Source: Nitrospinae bacterium CG11_big_fil_rev_8_21_14_0_20_45_15
Lineage (GTDB): Bacteria > Nitrospinota > Nitrospinia > Nitrospinales > VA-1
Direction: 5' to 3'
DNA: 64,000 nucleotides
NCBI GenBank assembly: GCA_002787235.1
Contig: PCWG01000010.1
Span: forward strand, 13,680-77,679
The position numbers and the translations under genes were made by a program. How positions within the stretch are numbered: the first letter of the stretch is position 1; every line of letters starts with the position of its first letter. A model generated the notes under the pieces. It made no database searches. It saw nothing but the letters and a program-made list of their open reading frames with translations, and was not told the DNA's origin. Shown here in pieces: positions 19,859-29,349 of the stretch.

Positions 19859-21512
19859 GATAAATTGCCTTATTTTTTCCTGTGGTGATTAATCGAGGAC
19901 TGCAATCTTGAAGGACGGTGTCCTTTCGCCAATTCACATCATCTGTATCCGGGCAATCCAGATTGTAATGCAAACCGCGACTCTCCCGGCGTTGCAGAGC
20001 CCCTTCAATGATCAAACTCGCCGTGATCGCAATGTCCCTCAACTCCAGGGTGTCCTTGGTAATAGTAAAGTTCCAGTAATACTCACTGATTTCATCCTGC
20101 AATAATTCGATTCTGCGTCGCGCACGGTACAGGCGCTTGTCGGAACGCACGATCCCGACATAATTCCACATCAATCTGCGAATTTCGTCCCAATTGTGCG
20201 AGACCACAACCGATTCATCACTGTCAACGGCAGAGCCGGGATTCCATGCAGGAATTTGATCCATCCAGTGTTTCAGGGCCCCACCCTCTTTTAAAACTTC
20301 CCCGGCTTTTTCGATGGCTCGATGCGCAAGAACAAGGCCTTCTAAAAGTGAATTGGACGCCAAACGATTGGCTCCATGAAAGCCGGAATTGCAAACTTCT
20401 CCACAAGCAAAAAGCCTGTGAATATTCGTTCTTCCCCAGGAATCGACAACAACGCCGCCACACATGTAATGCGCCGCCGGCACAACAGGAATCGGCTCTT
20501 TAGTCATATCGAAACCGAAACTCAGACAGGCTTGATAGATGCTTGGAAAACGTTCACGGGCGCGGTATCCTTCAATATGAGTGGCGTCCAGATAGACACA
20601 ATCATCACCGCTTTTTTTCATTTCATAGTCAATCGCACGCGCCACCACATCGCGCGGAGCCAAATCCTTTTGCGGGTGAATCTTTTCCATAAAAGGTGTT
20701 CCATCCTTCAAACGCAGGATACCCCCCTCACCGCGCACCGCTTCTGAAATTAAAAACGATTTGGCTTCGGGATGGTAAAGGCAGGTCGGATGGAATTGGA
20801 AAAATTCCATGTTTGCAATTTTCGCCCCGGACCGGTAAGCAATCGCCACACCGTCGCCTGTCGCCGTATCAGGGTTCGATGTATACAAATAAACCTTGCC
20901 CGCCCCTCCTGTCGCCAACAACGTGGACTTTCCTATAAATGTTTTCACCACTTTGGATTGAGTGTCGAGAGCATAGAGCCCCAAAGCTTCATCACGAGAG
21001 TCACCGGGCAAAATCGTGCTGTCGAGTTGTGCCAGAGTGATCAAATCAATCGCCATGTGATGTTCGAAAATTTCTATATTGCTCTTAGTGCGCACGGCCG
21101 CTATCAAAGCACGCTGAATTTCCCAGCCTGTGATATCGTTGGCATGCAGGATACGACGTTGGGAATGTCCTCCTTCTCGGGTCAGATCATAACCCTCTGC
21201 ACCCATGCGCGAAAACCGCGCCCCAAGCTCGATCAATTCCCGAACGCGAGCCGGCCCTTCGCCACAAATGATCCGCACAACGTCGGGATTACACAAACCG
21301 CGGCCCGCTGTCAAAGTATCCTGCACATGGAAATCACAGGAGTCTTCGTGCGCCATCACCGAGGCTATTCCACCCTGGGCATAACGCGTGGCAGATTCCG
21401 TCAGCGCATCTTTAGTGATAACCGCAACCGAACCCAACTCCGCCGCACGCAAGGCAAAGGTCAAACCTGCGATGCCACCGCCTATGACTATAAAATCACG
21501 TTCAATTCTCAT
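19851..21512 (-). CDS. nadB: L-aspartate oxidase
   Basis: 553 aa. FAD motif VIGGGIAGL plus succinate dehydrogenase/fumarate reductase flavoprotein-like motifs (HPT, RLASNSL). Overlaps the ftsK start by 8 bp. Confidence 0.9.
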   Translation of the reverse strand: MRIERDFIVIGGGIAGLTFALRAAELGSVAVITKDALTESATRYAQGGIASVMAHEDSCDFHVQDTLTAGRGLCNPDVVRIICGEGPARVRELIELGARFSRMGAEGYDLTREGGHSQRRILHANDITGWEIQRALIAAVRTKSNIEIFEHHMAIDLITLAQLDSTILPGDSRDEALGLYALDTQSKVVKTFIGKSTLLATGGAGKVYLYTSNPDTATGDGVAIAYRSGAKIANMEFFQFHPTCLYHPEAKSFLISEAVRGEGGILRLKDGTPFMEKIHPQKDLAPRDVVARAIDYEMKKSGDDCVYLDATHIEGYRARERFPSIYQACLSFGFDMTKEPIPVVPAAHYMCGGVVVDSWGRTNIHRLFACGEVCNSGFHGANRLASNSLLEGLVLAHRAIEKAGEVLKEGGALKHWMDQIPAWNPGSAVDSDESVVVSHNWDEIRRLMWNYVGIVRSDKRLYRARRRIELLQDEISEYYWNFTITKDTLELRDIAITASLIIEGALQRRESRGLHYNLDCPDTDDVNWRKDTVLQDCSPRLITTGKNKAIYHG

Positions 21513-21864
21513 GCCCTTATATTAATCAATTATCCCTTTAATTTCAACAAGATAAAGAAGCAGGTTAAAATTGAAAAACACACACCCCAATTTTGCGATC
21601 CGAGCGAGCTTGCAAACCTTTCGTGTAGTCTGGGAAACAAAGGATGGCTAAAGAAGGGTATTTCCAGCCACTGATTGAGAGGAAAATTCACCTCGGATTG
21701 TTCGCGCAATTTTCAAATGATTTTGTCCTCTGCCAAGTGCCGATTTCTCAAACAACTTGCTTGTTAATAGTGGATATATTGTAAAAATAAATGTAATCTT
21801 CAATTAGAATAACAGTTAAAAATTTGCTAAATCACGTTTAGCCCGATTTCTGTCTGGAGGGAAG

Positions 21865-22320
21865 TTGGAAAACAAACTCATCATGTCTTTTTTAGCGGGG
21901 ATTTCCTTTTTTAAGGATTTCACCTTAAAGGATCGGGCTGAGCTGATTCAGTCCAAAGACATGTTCATCAAGTTCTCTGCCGATCAATTGATCATAAGGG
22001 AAGGGGATATTGATGACGGGCTGTTCATTATTCTAAAAGGCCAGGTTTTAGTAACAAAGCAATCCAAACCCCATGTGCCTCTCGCCCAACTCGGTCCCGG
22101 TTCCTTATTTGGAGAGATCAATCTCATCAGCAATAAACCGCGAACAACAAACGTGACCGCAATAAGAGAAGTGGTGGTGATGCGCATCACTCAAAAAATG
22201 GTGAACAAAATGGACCTGGCTCTGCAGAAAAAATTTCAGGAAAAACTCATCCACCTCTTGGTACAACGTCTTGAGGAAATGAATCAGAAACTGTCCGTTG
22301 CCATGAAAAATAACTCTTAA
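21865..22320 (+). CDS. Stand-alone cyclic nucleotide-binding domain protein
   Basis: 151 aa. CAP/cNMP beta-barrel motifs (GDIDDGLFIILKG, FGEINLISNKPRTTNV). TTG start preceded by GGAGGG. No output domain. Confidence 0.75.
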   Translation: MENKLIMSFLAGISFFKDFTLKDRAELIQSKDMFIKFSADQLIIREGDIDDGLFIILKGQVLVTKQSKPHVPLAQLGPGSLFGEINLISNKPRTTNVTAIREVVVMRITQKMVNKMDLALQKKFQEKLIHLLVQRLEEMNQKLSVAMKNNS

Positions 22321-22333
22321 CCCGTACACCCCT

Positions 22334-23641
22334 GTGGAAGACGAATCATCCACCAAAAAAAAATCAGGAACGACTTTCACCACTAAATTTGCACTGCCCA
22401 AAGTTCTGCTTGTAGGAACCGAAATCCACGGTACAAATTCGCTATCACTCACGGCATCATTGAGTGAGTTGGAAGGTTTGGCAAAAACAGCCGATTACGA
22501 CCCGCAAGCGCAAATGACACAAAAACTGTCGCGTATTCATCCCGGCCATTTTCTCGGCAAGGGAAAACTCGACGAGCTGAAAATTGCGGTCGAACATCAC
22601 GAAATCGAAGCGGTGATCTTCGACGATGCTTTATCCCCCACTCAAAACCGCAATCTGGAAAAGATTCTCTCCTGCCGCGTACTCGACCGACCGGCGTTGA
22701 TCCTTGAAATTTTCAGTCGCCATGCCCGCACTCGAACGGCCAAAACACAGGTAGAACTGGCCAAACTCAAATACGAGCTTCCCCGACTTTCAAAAATGTG
22801 GAGCCATTTATCCAGGCAACGAGGCGGCATCGGCATGCGCGACGTGGGTGAAACACAGATACAACTGGACCGCCGGCTGATTCGCAGTCGCATCACAAAA
22901 CTGGAACGTAAATTAAAACAGTTGGAAACAGAAAAAAAGACGCAGAACAAAAGACGGGAAGAAACCTACACCGTTGCGCTCGTCGGCTACACCAATGTTG
23001 GCAAATCTTCACTCATGAACCGCCTGACTTCAGCGGGTGCGCTCGCAGAAAACAAACTTTTTGCCACTCTGGATGCGACCGTTAGAAAAATTCGCCACAA
23101 CTATCCCTACCCTATCTTGCTCGTCGATACCGTCGGTTTGATTGACAAACTACCCCACGATCTGGTCGCTTCTTTCAAATCCACACTCGATGAAGTGAGG
23201 GGCGCAGACCTTCTGCTCAAAGTGGTCGATCTCTCCCACGAACATTACCGGGAGCAGATGCAGGTTGCAGATTCCCTGCTTACCGAACTTGAAGCGGATT
23301 CGATCCCATCCATCCTCATTTTCAATAAAGTCGATGCAATTGACGATTTAGACATCATAAGAGAAGCGGAAGCACGCTATCCCGGTGCCCTTTGCGTTTC
23401 TTGTAAAACCGGGGAAGGCATTGAGCGTCTGAAAAGCGAAATCGACATCTGCTATGCACGTGAGATGATCTCCTGGCGTCTGGAACTGAATTACGCTCAA
23501 ATGAAATCCATGCCGGAAATCCGCAAACGCTGTATCGTCGTGGAAGAAGAATATGGTCCCGAGGGTGCGATCCTGCACTTGAAATTATTTCCCCACAGCC
23601 AAAACCAACTCCGGGAATTATTGCATCTGGAGCCGGCTTAG
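22334..23641 (+). CDS. hflX: GTPase HflX
   Basis: 435 aa. HflX N-domain, coiled linker, G-domain GYTNVGKSSL, DTVG and NKVD. GTG start at 22334; the exact start is uncertain. Confidence 0.9.
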   Translation: MEDESSTKKKSGTTFTTKFALPKVLLVGTEIHGTNSLSLTASLSELEGLAKTADYDPQAQMTQKLSRIHPGHFLGKGKLDELKIAVEHHEIEAVIFDDALSPTQNRNLEKILSCRVLDRPALILEIFSRHARTRTAKTQVELAKLKYELPRLSKMWSHLSRQRGGIGMRDVGETQIQLDRRLIRSRITKLERKLKQLETEKKTQNKRREETYTVALVGYTNVGKSSLMNRLTSAGALAENKLFATLDATVRKIRHNYPYPILLVDTVGLIDKLPHDLVASFKSTLDEVRGADLLLKVVDLSHEHYREQMQVADSLLTELEADSIPSILIFNKVDAIDDLDIIREAEARYPGALCVSCKTGEGIERLKSEIDICYAREMISWRLELNYAQMKSMPEIRKRCIVVEEEYGPEGAILHLKLFPHSQNQLRELLHLEPA

Positions 23642-23772
23642 ACCACGCTTGAAAAGCTTCCGCGGATAGTTTCCTGATTATCAGGAGGGGTACGAATTAT
23701 CTTTCAGGGAGGGGCACTCTATTTGCTACGAACAAGCGGGGTCAGGTCCAATGGCAGGTACTGCCTGCCCGG

Positions 23773-24006
23773 TCAGCGGGCTGTGAACTTCAGGTACTCG
23801 CCCCAGGCCACAACGGCAAAACCGATCAACAAAATCCATACCGGGCGCAAGACGTCATCGGGTTTCATGAAATACAAAATAAACATGAAAGCCACCCCCG
23901 TCATGACAATGAGGATGCCAGAAAAGGCGGTATTGATGCCTTTTTTGAAGCGGTCAGGATCTTTCAATTCTTTGATGACTTCCGGCTTGAGCTCTACATT
24001 CCACAT
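23773..24006 (-). CDS. Small membrane protein (2 TM)
   Basis: 77 aa with two clear hydrophobic helices. Lies 27 nt downstream of the larE-like gene on the same strand. Preferred over the overlapping + strand ORF 23723..24022. Confidence 0.45.
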   Translation of the reverse strand: MWNVELKPEVIKELKDPDRFKKGINTAFSGILIVMTGVAFMFILYFMKPDDVLRPVWILLIGFAVVAWGEYLKFTAR

Positions 24007-24033
24007 AATCAGACCATCGTAAATTGAAAATAG

Positions 24034-24840
24034 TTAAACAGGATTCATTTTCCCCGAACGAAAACCTTCTATATCGACGGAGGTGAAACGAAAACCAATT
24101 TTCTGGAATGCTTTTTGAGTCTGCTCCGCCGCAGTGCTGGAAAAAAATCGGGCAATATCTTCTGGCGGTAATTCGATGCGGGCAACATCGCCATGATGCC
24201 GCACCCGCATTTGCGGATAACCTAAAGCAATCAAAACATCTTCCGCACGTTCTACCATTGAAAGCTTTTCGATGGTGATCGGCGTCCCAAAGGGAATGCG
24301 CGAGGAAAGGCAGGCCATGGCCGGTTTGTCCCAGTTCGAAAGCCCCATTTCCAATGCCAGCGCACGGACATCCGCCTTCGTAAACCCTTCTTCAGCAAGC
24401 GGACTCTTCACATTGGCTTCGCGGCCTGCCGCAATTCCAGGTCGATAATCTCCCAGATCGTCGACATTGACTCCGTTGACGATGGTCTCGATGCCTTTTT
24501 CTTTGGCCAGATCGGTCAATTTGTCGTAAAGCTCGGATTTGCAGTGATAACAACGTTGTGTCGTATTTTGCAAGTAGTCGGGAGAAGAGGTTTCCTGAGT
24601 TCGGATGATGCTGTAGGGAACGCCCAGATCCTGCGCAAAATCCTGCGCCAGTTTCAATTCCCGCTCGGGCAGACTTTCTGACCGGGCTGTAGCGGCGAGG
24701 ACATTTTCCGGCCCCAGGGCTGAAACTGCTACGGATAAAATCAATGCACTGTCAACCCCTCCGGAGAAGGCAACGAGGACATTTTTATAGCGTTTGAAAT
24801 GAGAGAGGAGGTTTTCCTTTTTTTGTGCCTGCGAAATCAT
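24034..24840 (-). CDS. PP-loop ATP pyrophosphatase, LarE-like sulfur transferase (three-Cys type)
   Basis: 268 aa. PP-loop AFSGGVDS, a CYHC (CxxC) motif and ACLSSRIPFG, matching the LarE/TIGR00268-type family. Confidence 0.75.
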   Translation of the reverse strand: MISQAQKKENLLSHFKRYKNVLVAFSGGVDSALILSVAVSALGPENVLAATARSESLPERELKLAQDFAQDLGVPYSIIRTQETSSPDYLQNTTQRCYHCKSELYDKLTDLAKEKGIETIVNGVNVDDLGDYRPGIAAGREANVKSPLAEEGFTKADVRALALEMGLSNWDKPAMACLSSRIPFGTPITIEKLSMVERAEDVLIALGYPQMRVRHHGDVARIELPPEDIARFFSSTAAEQTQKAFQKIGFRFTSVDIEGFRSGKMNPV

Positions 24841-24850
24841 GAGAAACCGC

Positions 24851-25903
24851 TCAACCGCCTATAGCGTGCATGGCACGTTTTGGACGCTCGAAGCTGTCCA
24901 GATTGATTTTGTGACCGGGCTCTTTGAGCATGACCGCATCGGTGATCGCTTGATCGATCTCTTCATCGCTTGCCCCCTCGCGAAGCAATGTTTTCAGGTT
25001 TGTTTCCTGAGTCGAGAACAGGCAAGTACGCAAGGTTCCATCCGCTGTCATGCGGATGCGATTGCAATGGTCGCAAAAAGGATTGCTCACCGCAGTGATG
25101 ATACCGATCTTGCCTTTACCGTCTGCAAAAGTGAATTCGCTAGCGGGACCGATCTCGCGTGAATTGTCGATCGGTACCAGATCGTATTTTTGCCCGATGA
25201 GCTCAATGATCTCGCTACCAAAAAGGACCTTCTCTCGCGCCCAGACCTGATCGGAATCCAGAGGCATGAACTCAATGAAGCGCATCTCAAATCCTTCCGT
25301 GCGCCCCATATCCACCAGACTCATGATTTCTGTTTCAGAAAAATTTCTCATGGCCACGGCATTGATTTTGATCGACTTAAAACCTGCCTTTTTTGCGGCC
25401 TCCAAACCATTCAGGACTTCCGACAAACAGTCCTTCCGGTTCACATCGCGAAACTTTTCAGGGTCCAGCGCGTCGAGGCTTACGTTCAGCCGTTTCAATC
25501 CCGCTTTCCAAAGTGCCTCCGCCTGATCTTTCAGGAAGAAGGCGTTGGTCGTCATCGCAATGTCTTCAATACCATTGATACCATTGAGCATCTGAATCAA
25601 TGAGGGTAAATCCTTACGCATGAGTGGCTCGCCGCCGGTGATCCGGAGTCGGCTGATGCCCATTTTCGAGACGATCGTCGCGATGCGCGTCAACTCTTCG
25701 AAAGTAAGGAGCTTGCTCCGCTCCATAAATTCAACATTATTCTCCGGCATACAATAAGTACAGCGGAAATTACATCGATCTGTTACAGATATTCTCAGGT
25801 TGACGATGGTTCGCCCCATCCCGTCAATCAATTTTCTTGGCGTGTGGCTTACTGGTGCAGTCATAAGACTCGATTCCCTGTAAGGCAGTCTTGTAGTCTC
25901 CAA
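24851..25903 (-). CDS. moaA: GTP 3',8-cyclase (molybdenum cofactor biosynthesis protein A)
   Basis: Radical SAM CNFRCTYCMP, C-terminal second cluster CDHCNRIR, GG tail. The track start is TTG at 25903; ATG at 25864 (MTAPVSH...) is plausible. Confidence 0.9.
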   Translation of the reverse strand: METTRLPYRESSLMTAPVSHTPRKLIDGMGRTIVNLRISVTDRCNFRCTYCMPENNVEFMERSKLLTFEELTRIATIVSKMGISRLRITGGEPLMRKDLPSLIQMLNGINGIEDIAMTTNAFFLKDQAEALWKAGLKRLNVSLDALDPEKFRDVNRKDCLSEVLNGLEAAKKAGFKSIKINAVAMRNFSETEIMSLVDMGRTEGFEMRFIEFMPLDSDQVWAREKVLFGSEIIELIGQKYDLVPIDNSREIGPASEFTFADGKGKIGIITAVSNPFCDHCNRIRMTADGTLRTCLFSTQETNLKTLLREGASDEEIDQAITDAVMLKEPGHKINLDSFERPKRAMHAIGG

Positions 25904-26088
25904 GACCGGATTAATCCAAATGGACAGTTAAAAAGATGGTTGACCGTAAAGACTTTGAATGAAAGTAATTATAGCCTTTTAAATTGGAATATGCACATGA
26001 AATAGTTTAGATTAATGGTGACACTACCATGACATTTCAAGAACATTCATCATTTTATTAGTAATTTCCTTAATTAAGATAGGAACTT

Positions 26089-26104
26089 TGCTGGAAAATC
26101 AGCA
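26089..26104. promoter_or_regulatory. 16-bp palindrome TGCTG-N6-CAGCA in the moaA / nifU-suf divergent region (candidate operator)
   Basis: Perfect inverted repeat read directly, about 140 bp upstream of the nifU-like ATG in an AT-rich 337-bp intergenic region. Confidence 0.3.
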
Positions 26105-26240
26105 TCTAAAGTTATGTGCTTTAGAAAAAATGATCAATCTATTTTATACACTAACAATAGTGCGTCCCTGTGTTGCGATGTTGATAGCAGGAATGGACTA
26201 CACTTTTAATTAAAAGTAACACTACTAAAGAATTTAGCTT

Positions 26241-26987
26241 ATGTCTGTCGCTGAAGAGAAGTTTTCAAATAAATTCGAAGAACTTGCCAAATCACCCCAG
26301 CACCGGGGTGCCTACTATAAAGAAGATGCCGACGAACAAGGCATGGCCTTGATTGAAGCCAAGTATAAGGATACTAAATTGTACTGGCTCGTCGAGCTCG
26401 AAGAAGATCGAATTTACAGCACCCGGTTTTTTGCATACGGGGGCAAACCCTCGGTCGCAATCGGAGACGCGCTTTGCGAAATGGCCAAAGGTCTGACCAT
26501 CCCCGAAGCTTGCTCTTTGAAGGGTGAAGATGTCGAACACTTCCTGCGCGATGAAGAAGGCGTGCCTGCCGTTCCCGAATCAAAGATGGAATTGTTCGAC
26601 CGCATCGAAGAATTATTGAAAGTTGTCAAAGACGATTTTCCCGGATCGAAAGGTCTGGCCATTGCCCGGCAATCGGCAAAGAACAATCCCGTCAAGCCTG
26701 TGAGTTTTGAGGAATTGACACTGGTCGAGCAGGCCTGGTTGCAATTGACTGAGAAAGAACAAATCCAGCAACTCGACATGACTCTGGACGAAAAAGTACG
26801 CCCCGCGTTGATGAATGATGGCGGCAATGTTCAGATTTTGAGCGTGACCGATGGCCGCAAAGTGTTGATACAATATCAGGGTGCCTGTGGCAGTTGCGGT
26901 TCCTCACTGGGAGCCACATTGTCATTTATAGAACAGTCGCTTAGAAAAGAAGTGTATAATCAATTGGTGGTTACGCCTAGTATGTGA
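26241..26987 (+). CDS. NifU-like Fe-S assembly protein (degenerate IscU-like N-domain plus C-terminal NifU CxxC domain)
   Basis: 248 aa. The C-terminus [15 protein letters not shown] is the Nfu/NifU CxxC motif. The N-terminal half aligns by eye to IscU but has GGKPSVA where IscU has GCGSAIA. Confidence 0.7.
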   Translation: MSVAEEKFSNKFEELAKSPQHRGAYYKEDADEQGMALIEAKYKDTKLYWLVELEEDRIYSTRFFAYGGKPSVAIGDALCEMAKGLTIPEACSLKGEDVEHFLRDEEGVPAVPESKMELFDRIEELLKVVKDDFPGSKGLAIARQSAKNNPVKPVSFEELTLVEQAWLQLTEKEQIQQLDMTLDEKVRPALMNDGGNVQILSVTDGRKVLIQYQGACGSCGSSLGATLSFIEQSLRKEVYNQLVVTPSM

Positions 26988-27024
26988 CGGCGTCTGCCCT
27001 GCCAATTTTAAGGAGAATCTTATA

Positions 27025-28476
27025 ATGGAAACCCAAGAAGCACTGACCGAAGCTTTGGAAGACAGTCAGGATTACAAATACGGCTTTGTCACCGATATTG
27101 AAACAGAGACTTTTGCAAAAGGATTGGACGAAAACGTCATCCGTGCGCTTTCCAAAAAGAAAGACGAGCCTCAATTCATGCTCGATTTCCGCCTCAAGGC
27201 CTATGAAAAATGGCTGACGATGAAAGAGCCTGAATGGCACAACGTCAAATATCCCAAAATAGACTATCAAAACATTTCGTATTACTCTGCCCCAAAGAAG
27301 AAAAAGACTTTGGAAAGTCTGGATGAAGTGGACCCGGAATTGCTACGCACTTTCGAGAAACTGGGCATCCCTCTCGACGAGCAAAAGCGCCTTTCCAATG
27401 TTGCTGTGGATGCAGTTTTCGATAGCGTCAGCGTTGCCACCACGCATAGGAAAAAATTGATGGAAGTGGGCGTCATCTTCTGTTCCATTTCCGAAGCAGT
27501 GCATGAATTTCCAGAGTTAGTGGAACAGTACCTCGGTACCGTCGTCCCGGTCGGCGATAATTTTTACGCCGCGCTCAACAGTGCCGTTTTTACAGACGGT
27601 TCTTTCGTTTATATCCCGCCCGGAACACGTTGTCCGATGGAATTATCGACCTACTTCAGAATCAACACTGAAGAAACCGGTCAGTTTGAACGAACTCTCA
27701 TCATCTGCGCCGAAGACAGTCACGTCTCCTATCTTGAAGGATGTACGGCTCCGCAATTTGATTCCAATCAGCTTCATGCGGCAGTCGTTGAACTTGTGAC
27801 CCTGGACAATGCCGAAATCAAGTACAGCACGGTTCAGAACTGGTACGCAGGAGACAAGGAAACCGGCAAAGGCGGGGTCTATAATTTTGTTACCAAACGT
27901 GGGAAATGTGTCGGCGATAATTCCAAGATTTCATGGACTCAGGTCGAAACCGGCTCTTCCATTACCTGGAAATACCCGAGCTGTATCCTGCAGGGTGACA
28001 ACTCCGTTGGAGAATTTTATTCCGTCGCCTTGACCAACGGTCACATGCAGGCAGATACCGGAACAAAGATGATCCATATCGGAAAGAATACCCGATCCAG
28101 CATCATCTCCAAAGGAATCTCCGCTGACAAGTCGAGCAACACCTATCGCGGTCAGGTCAAAGTCGGGAAAAATGCAAGCGGCGCACGCAATTATTCGCAA
28201 TGTGATTCCATGCTGGTGGGAGACAAATGTAGCGCGCACACCTTTCCTTACATCGAATCGTCAAACAGCACCATGCAAGTGGAGCACGAAGCCTCCACTT
28301 CCAAAATCAGCGAAGAGCAATTATTTTACTTTGAACAACGCGGTATCTCGCGGGAAAATGCCATCACCGCCGTTATCAATGGCTTCTGTAAAGATGTTTT
28401 CAAACAATTGCCCATGGAATTCGCCGTGGAAGCACAAAAACTCCTGGCTCTGAAACTGGAAGACAGCGTCGGCTAA
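27025..28476 (+). CDS. sufB: Fe-S cluster assembly protein SufB
   Basis: 483 aa with conserved SufB blocks ([29 protein letters not shown]). Followed by sufCDSU. Confidence 0.95.
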   Translation: METQEALTEALEDSQDYKYGFVTDIETETFAKGLDENVIRALSKKKDEPQFMLDFRLKAYEKWLTMKEPEWHNVKYPKIDYQNISYYSAPKKKKTLESLDEVDPELLRTFEKLGIPLDEQKRLSNVAVDAVFDSVSVATTHRKKLMEVGVIFCSISEAVHEFPELVEQYLGTVVPVGDNFYAALNSAVFTDGSFVYIPPGTRCPMELSTYFRINTEETGQFERTLIICAEDSHVSYLEGCTAPQFDSNQLHAAVVELVTLDNAEIKYSTVQNWYAGDKETGKGGVYNFVTKRGKCVGDNSKISWTQVETGSSITWKYPSCILQGDNSVGEFYSVALTNGHMQADTGTKMIHIGKNTRSSIISKGISADKSSNTYRGQVKVGKNASGARNYSQCDSMLVGDKCSAHTFPYIESSNSTMQVEHEASTSKISEEQLFYFEQRGISRENAITAVINGFCKDVFKQLPMEFAVEAQKLLALKLEDSVG

Positions 28477-28500
28477 GGCATTGAATTTTATTTTCAAAAG

Positions 28501-28535
28501 CGCCTTCCCCATAAGAGGGGCGGGCGTTTTTATTT
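28501..28535 (+). terminator. Intrinsic-terminator-like hairpin between sufB and sufC
   Basis: CGCCTTCCCC-ataaga-GGGGCGGGCG: a 10-bp stem with one mismatch and one G.T pair, followed by TTTTTATTT. Lies 25 nt after the sufB stop. Confidence 0.55.
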
Positions 28536-28598
28536 AATTTTAGTCAGTAACTTGTTACTGAAAATCATACAATCATTTTAAATTCTGAGGTCTTATAC

Positions 28599-29342
28599 AT
28601 GCTTGAAATCAAGGACCTGCATGCAGGGTCTGAAGGAAACGAAATTCTGAAAGGCATTTCCCTATCCGTTAAAAAGGGAGAAATCCATGCCATCATGGGG
28701 CCCAACGGCTCCGGAAAAAGCACCCTCGCCAAAGTTTTGTCCGGGCACCCTGCCTACAAAATAACCAGTGGTGAGATTTTGTTTGAAGGTAAAGACTTGC
28801 AGGGGGTATCAGCGGAAGATCGCGCTCTCAATGGAATTTTCATGGGATATCAATATCCCGTCGAAGTTCCCGGGGTCAACAACGCTGAATTTTTACGCAT
28901 GGCTTACAACGCCCGACTCGTCAAACAAGGGAAAGAAGAACTCGACCCCATGGACTTTGATGATCTCCTGCAATCCAAAATGGATATGCTTGGGATGGAA
29001 GTGAAATATAAAGAACGAAATCTAAACGACGGATTCTCTGGCGGCGAGAAGAAGAAAAATGAAACGCTTCAAATGGCCTTGCTCGAACCCAAACTTGCGA
29101 TTTTGGATGAAACCGATTCCGGGCTCGACATCGACGCTCTGCGAGTTGTCGCTGATGGCGTCAACAAGCTCTACACGAAAGACAAAGCCCTGATTTTGAT
29201 CACCCATTATCAGCGTTTACTGGACTACATCAAACCTGACTATGTTCATGTTCTGAGCAAAGGGTGCATTATTAAATCCGGTGAAAAAGGTCTGGCCCTC
29301 GAATTGGAAGCACAGGGTTACGATTGGCTGACGAAAGTATGA
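28599..29342 (+). CDS. sufC: Fe-S cluster assembly ATPase SufC
   Basis: 247 aa. Walker A GPNGSGKST, ABC signature FSGGEKK, Walker B LAILDETDSGLD. Confidence 0.95.
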   Translation: MLEIKDLHAGSEGNEILKGISLSVKKGEIHAIMGPNGSGKSTLAKVLSGHPAYKITSGEILFEGKDLQGVSAEDRALNGIFMGYQYPVEVPGVNNAEFLRMAYNARLVKQGKEELDPMDFDDLLQSKMDMLGMEVKYKERNLNDGFSGGEKKKNETLQMALLEPKLAILDETDSGLDIDALRVVADGVNKLYTKDKALILITHYQRLLDYIKPDYVHVLSKGCIIKSGEKGLALELEAQGYDWLTKV

Positions 29343-29349
29343 GGCGAAT

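Noticed and set aside
20772-21674. 300-aa plus-strand ORF antisense to nadB. The same applies to the antisense ORFs 11878..12414, 41630..42193, 42245..42928, 51916..52500 and 62934..63611.
   Set aside because: Each lies fully inside a strongly supported conserved gene on the opposite strand. Each has an Arg/Ser/Pro-rich, low-complexity composition typical of antisense frames.
25904-26240. Moco riboswitch upstream of moaA
   Set aside because: The minus-strand leader is AT-rich and lacks the GC-rich conserved helices and motifs I associate with the Moco RNA motif. This cannot be excluded without an Rfam scan, but nothing supports it.
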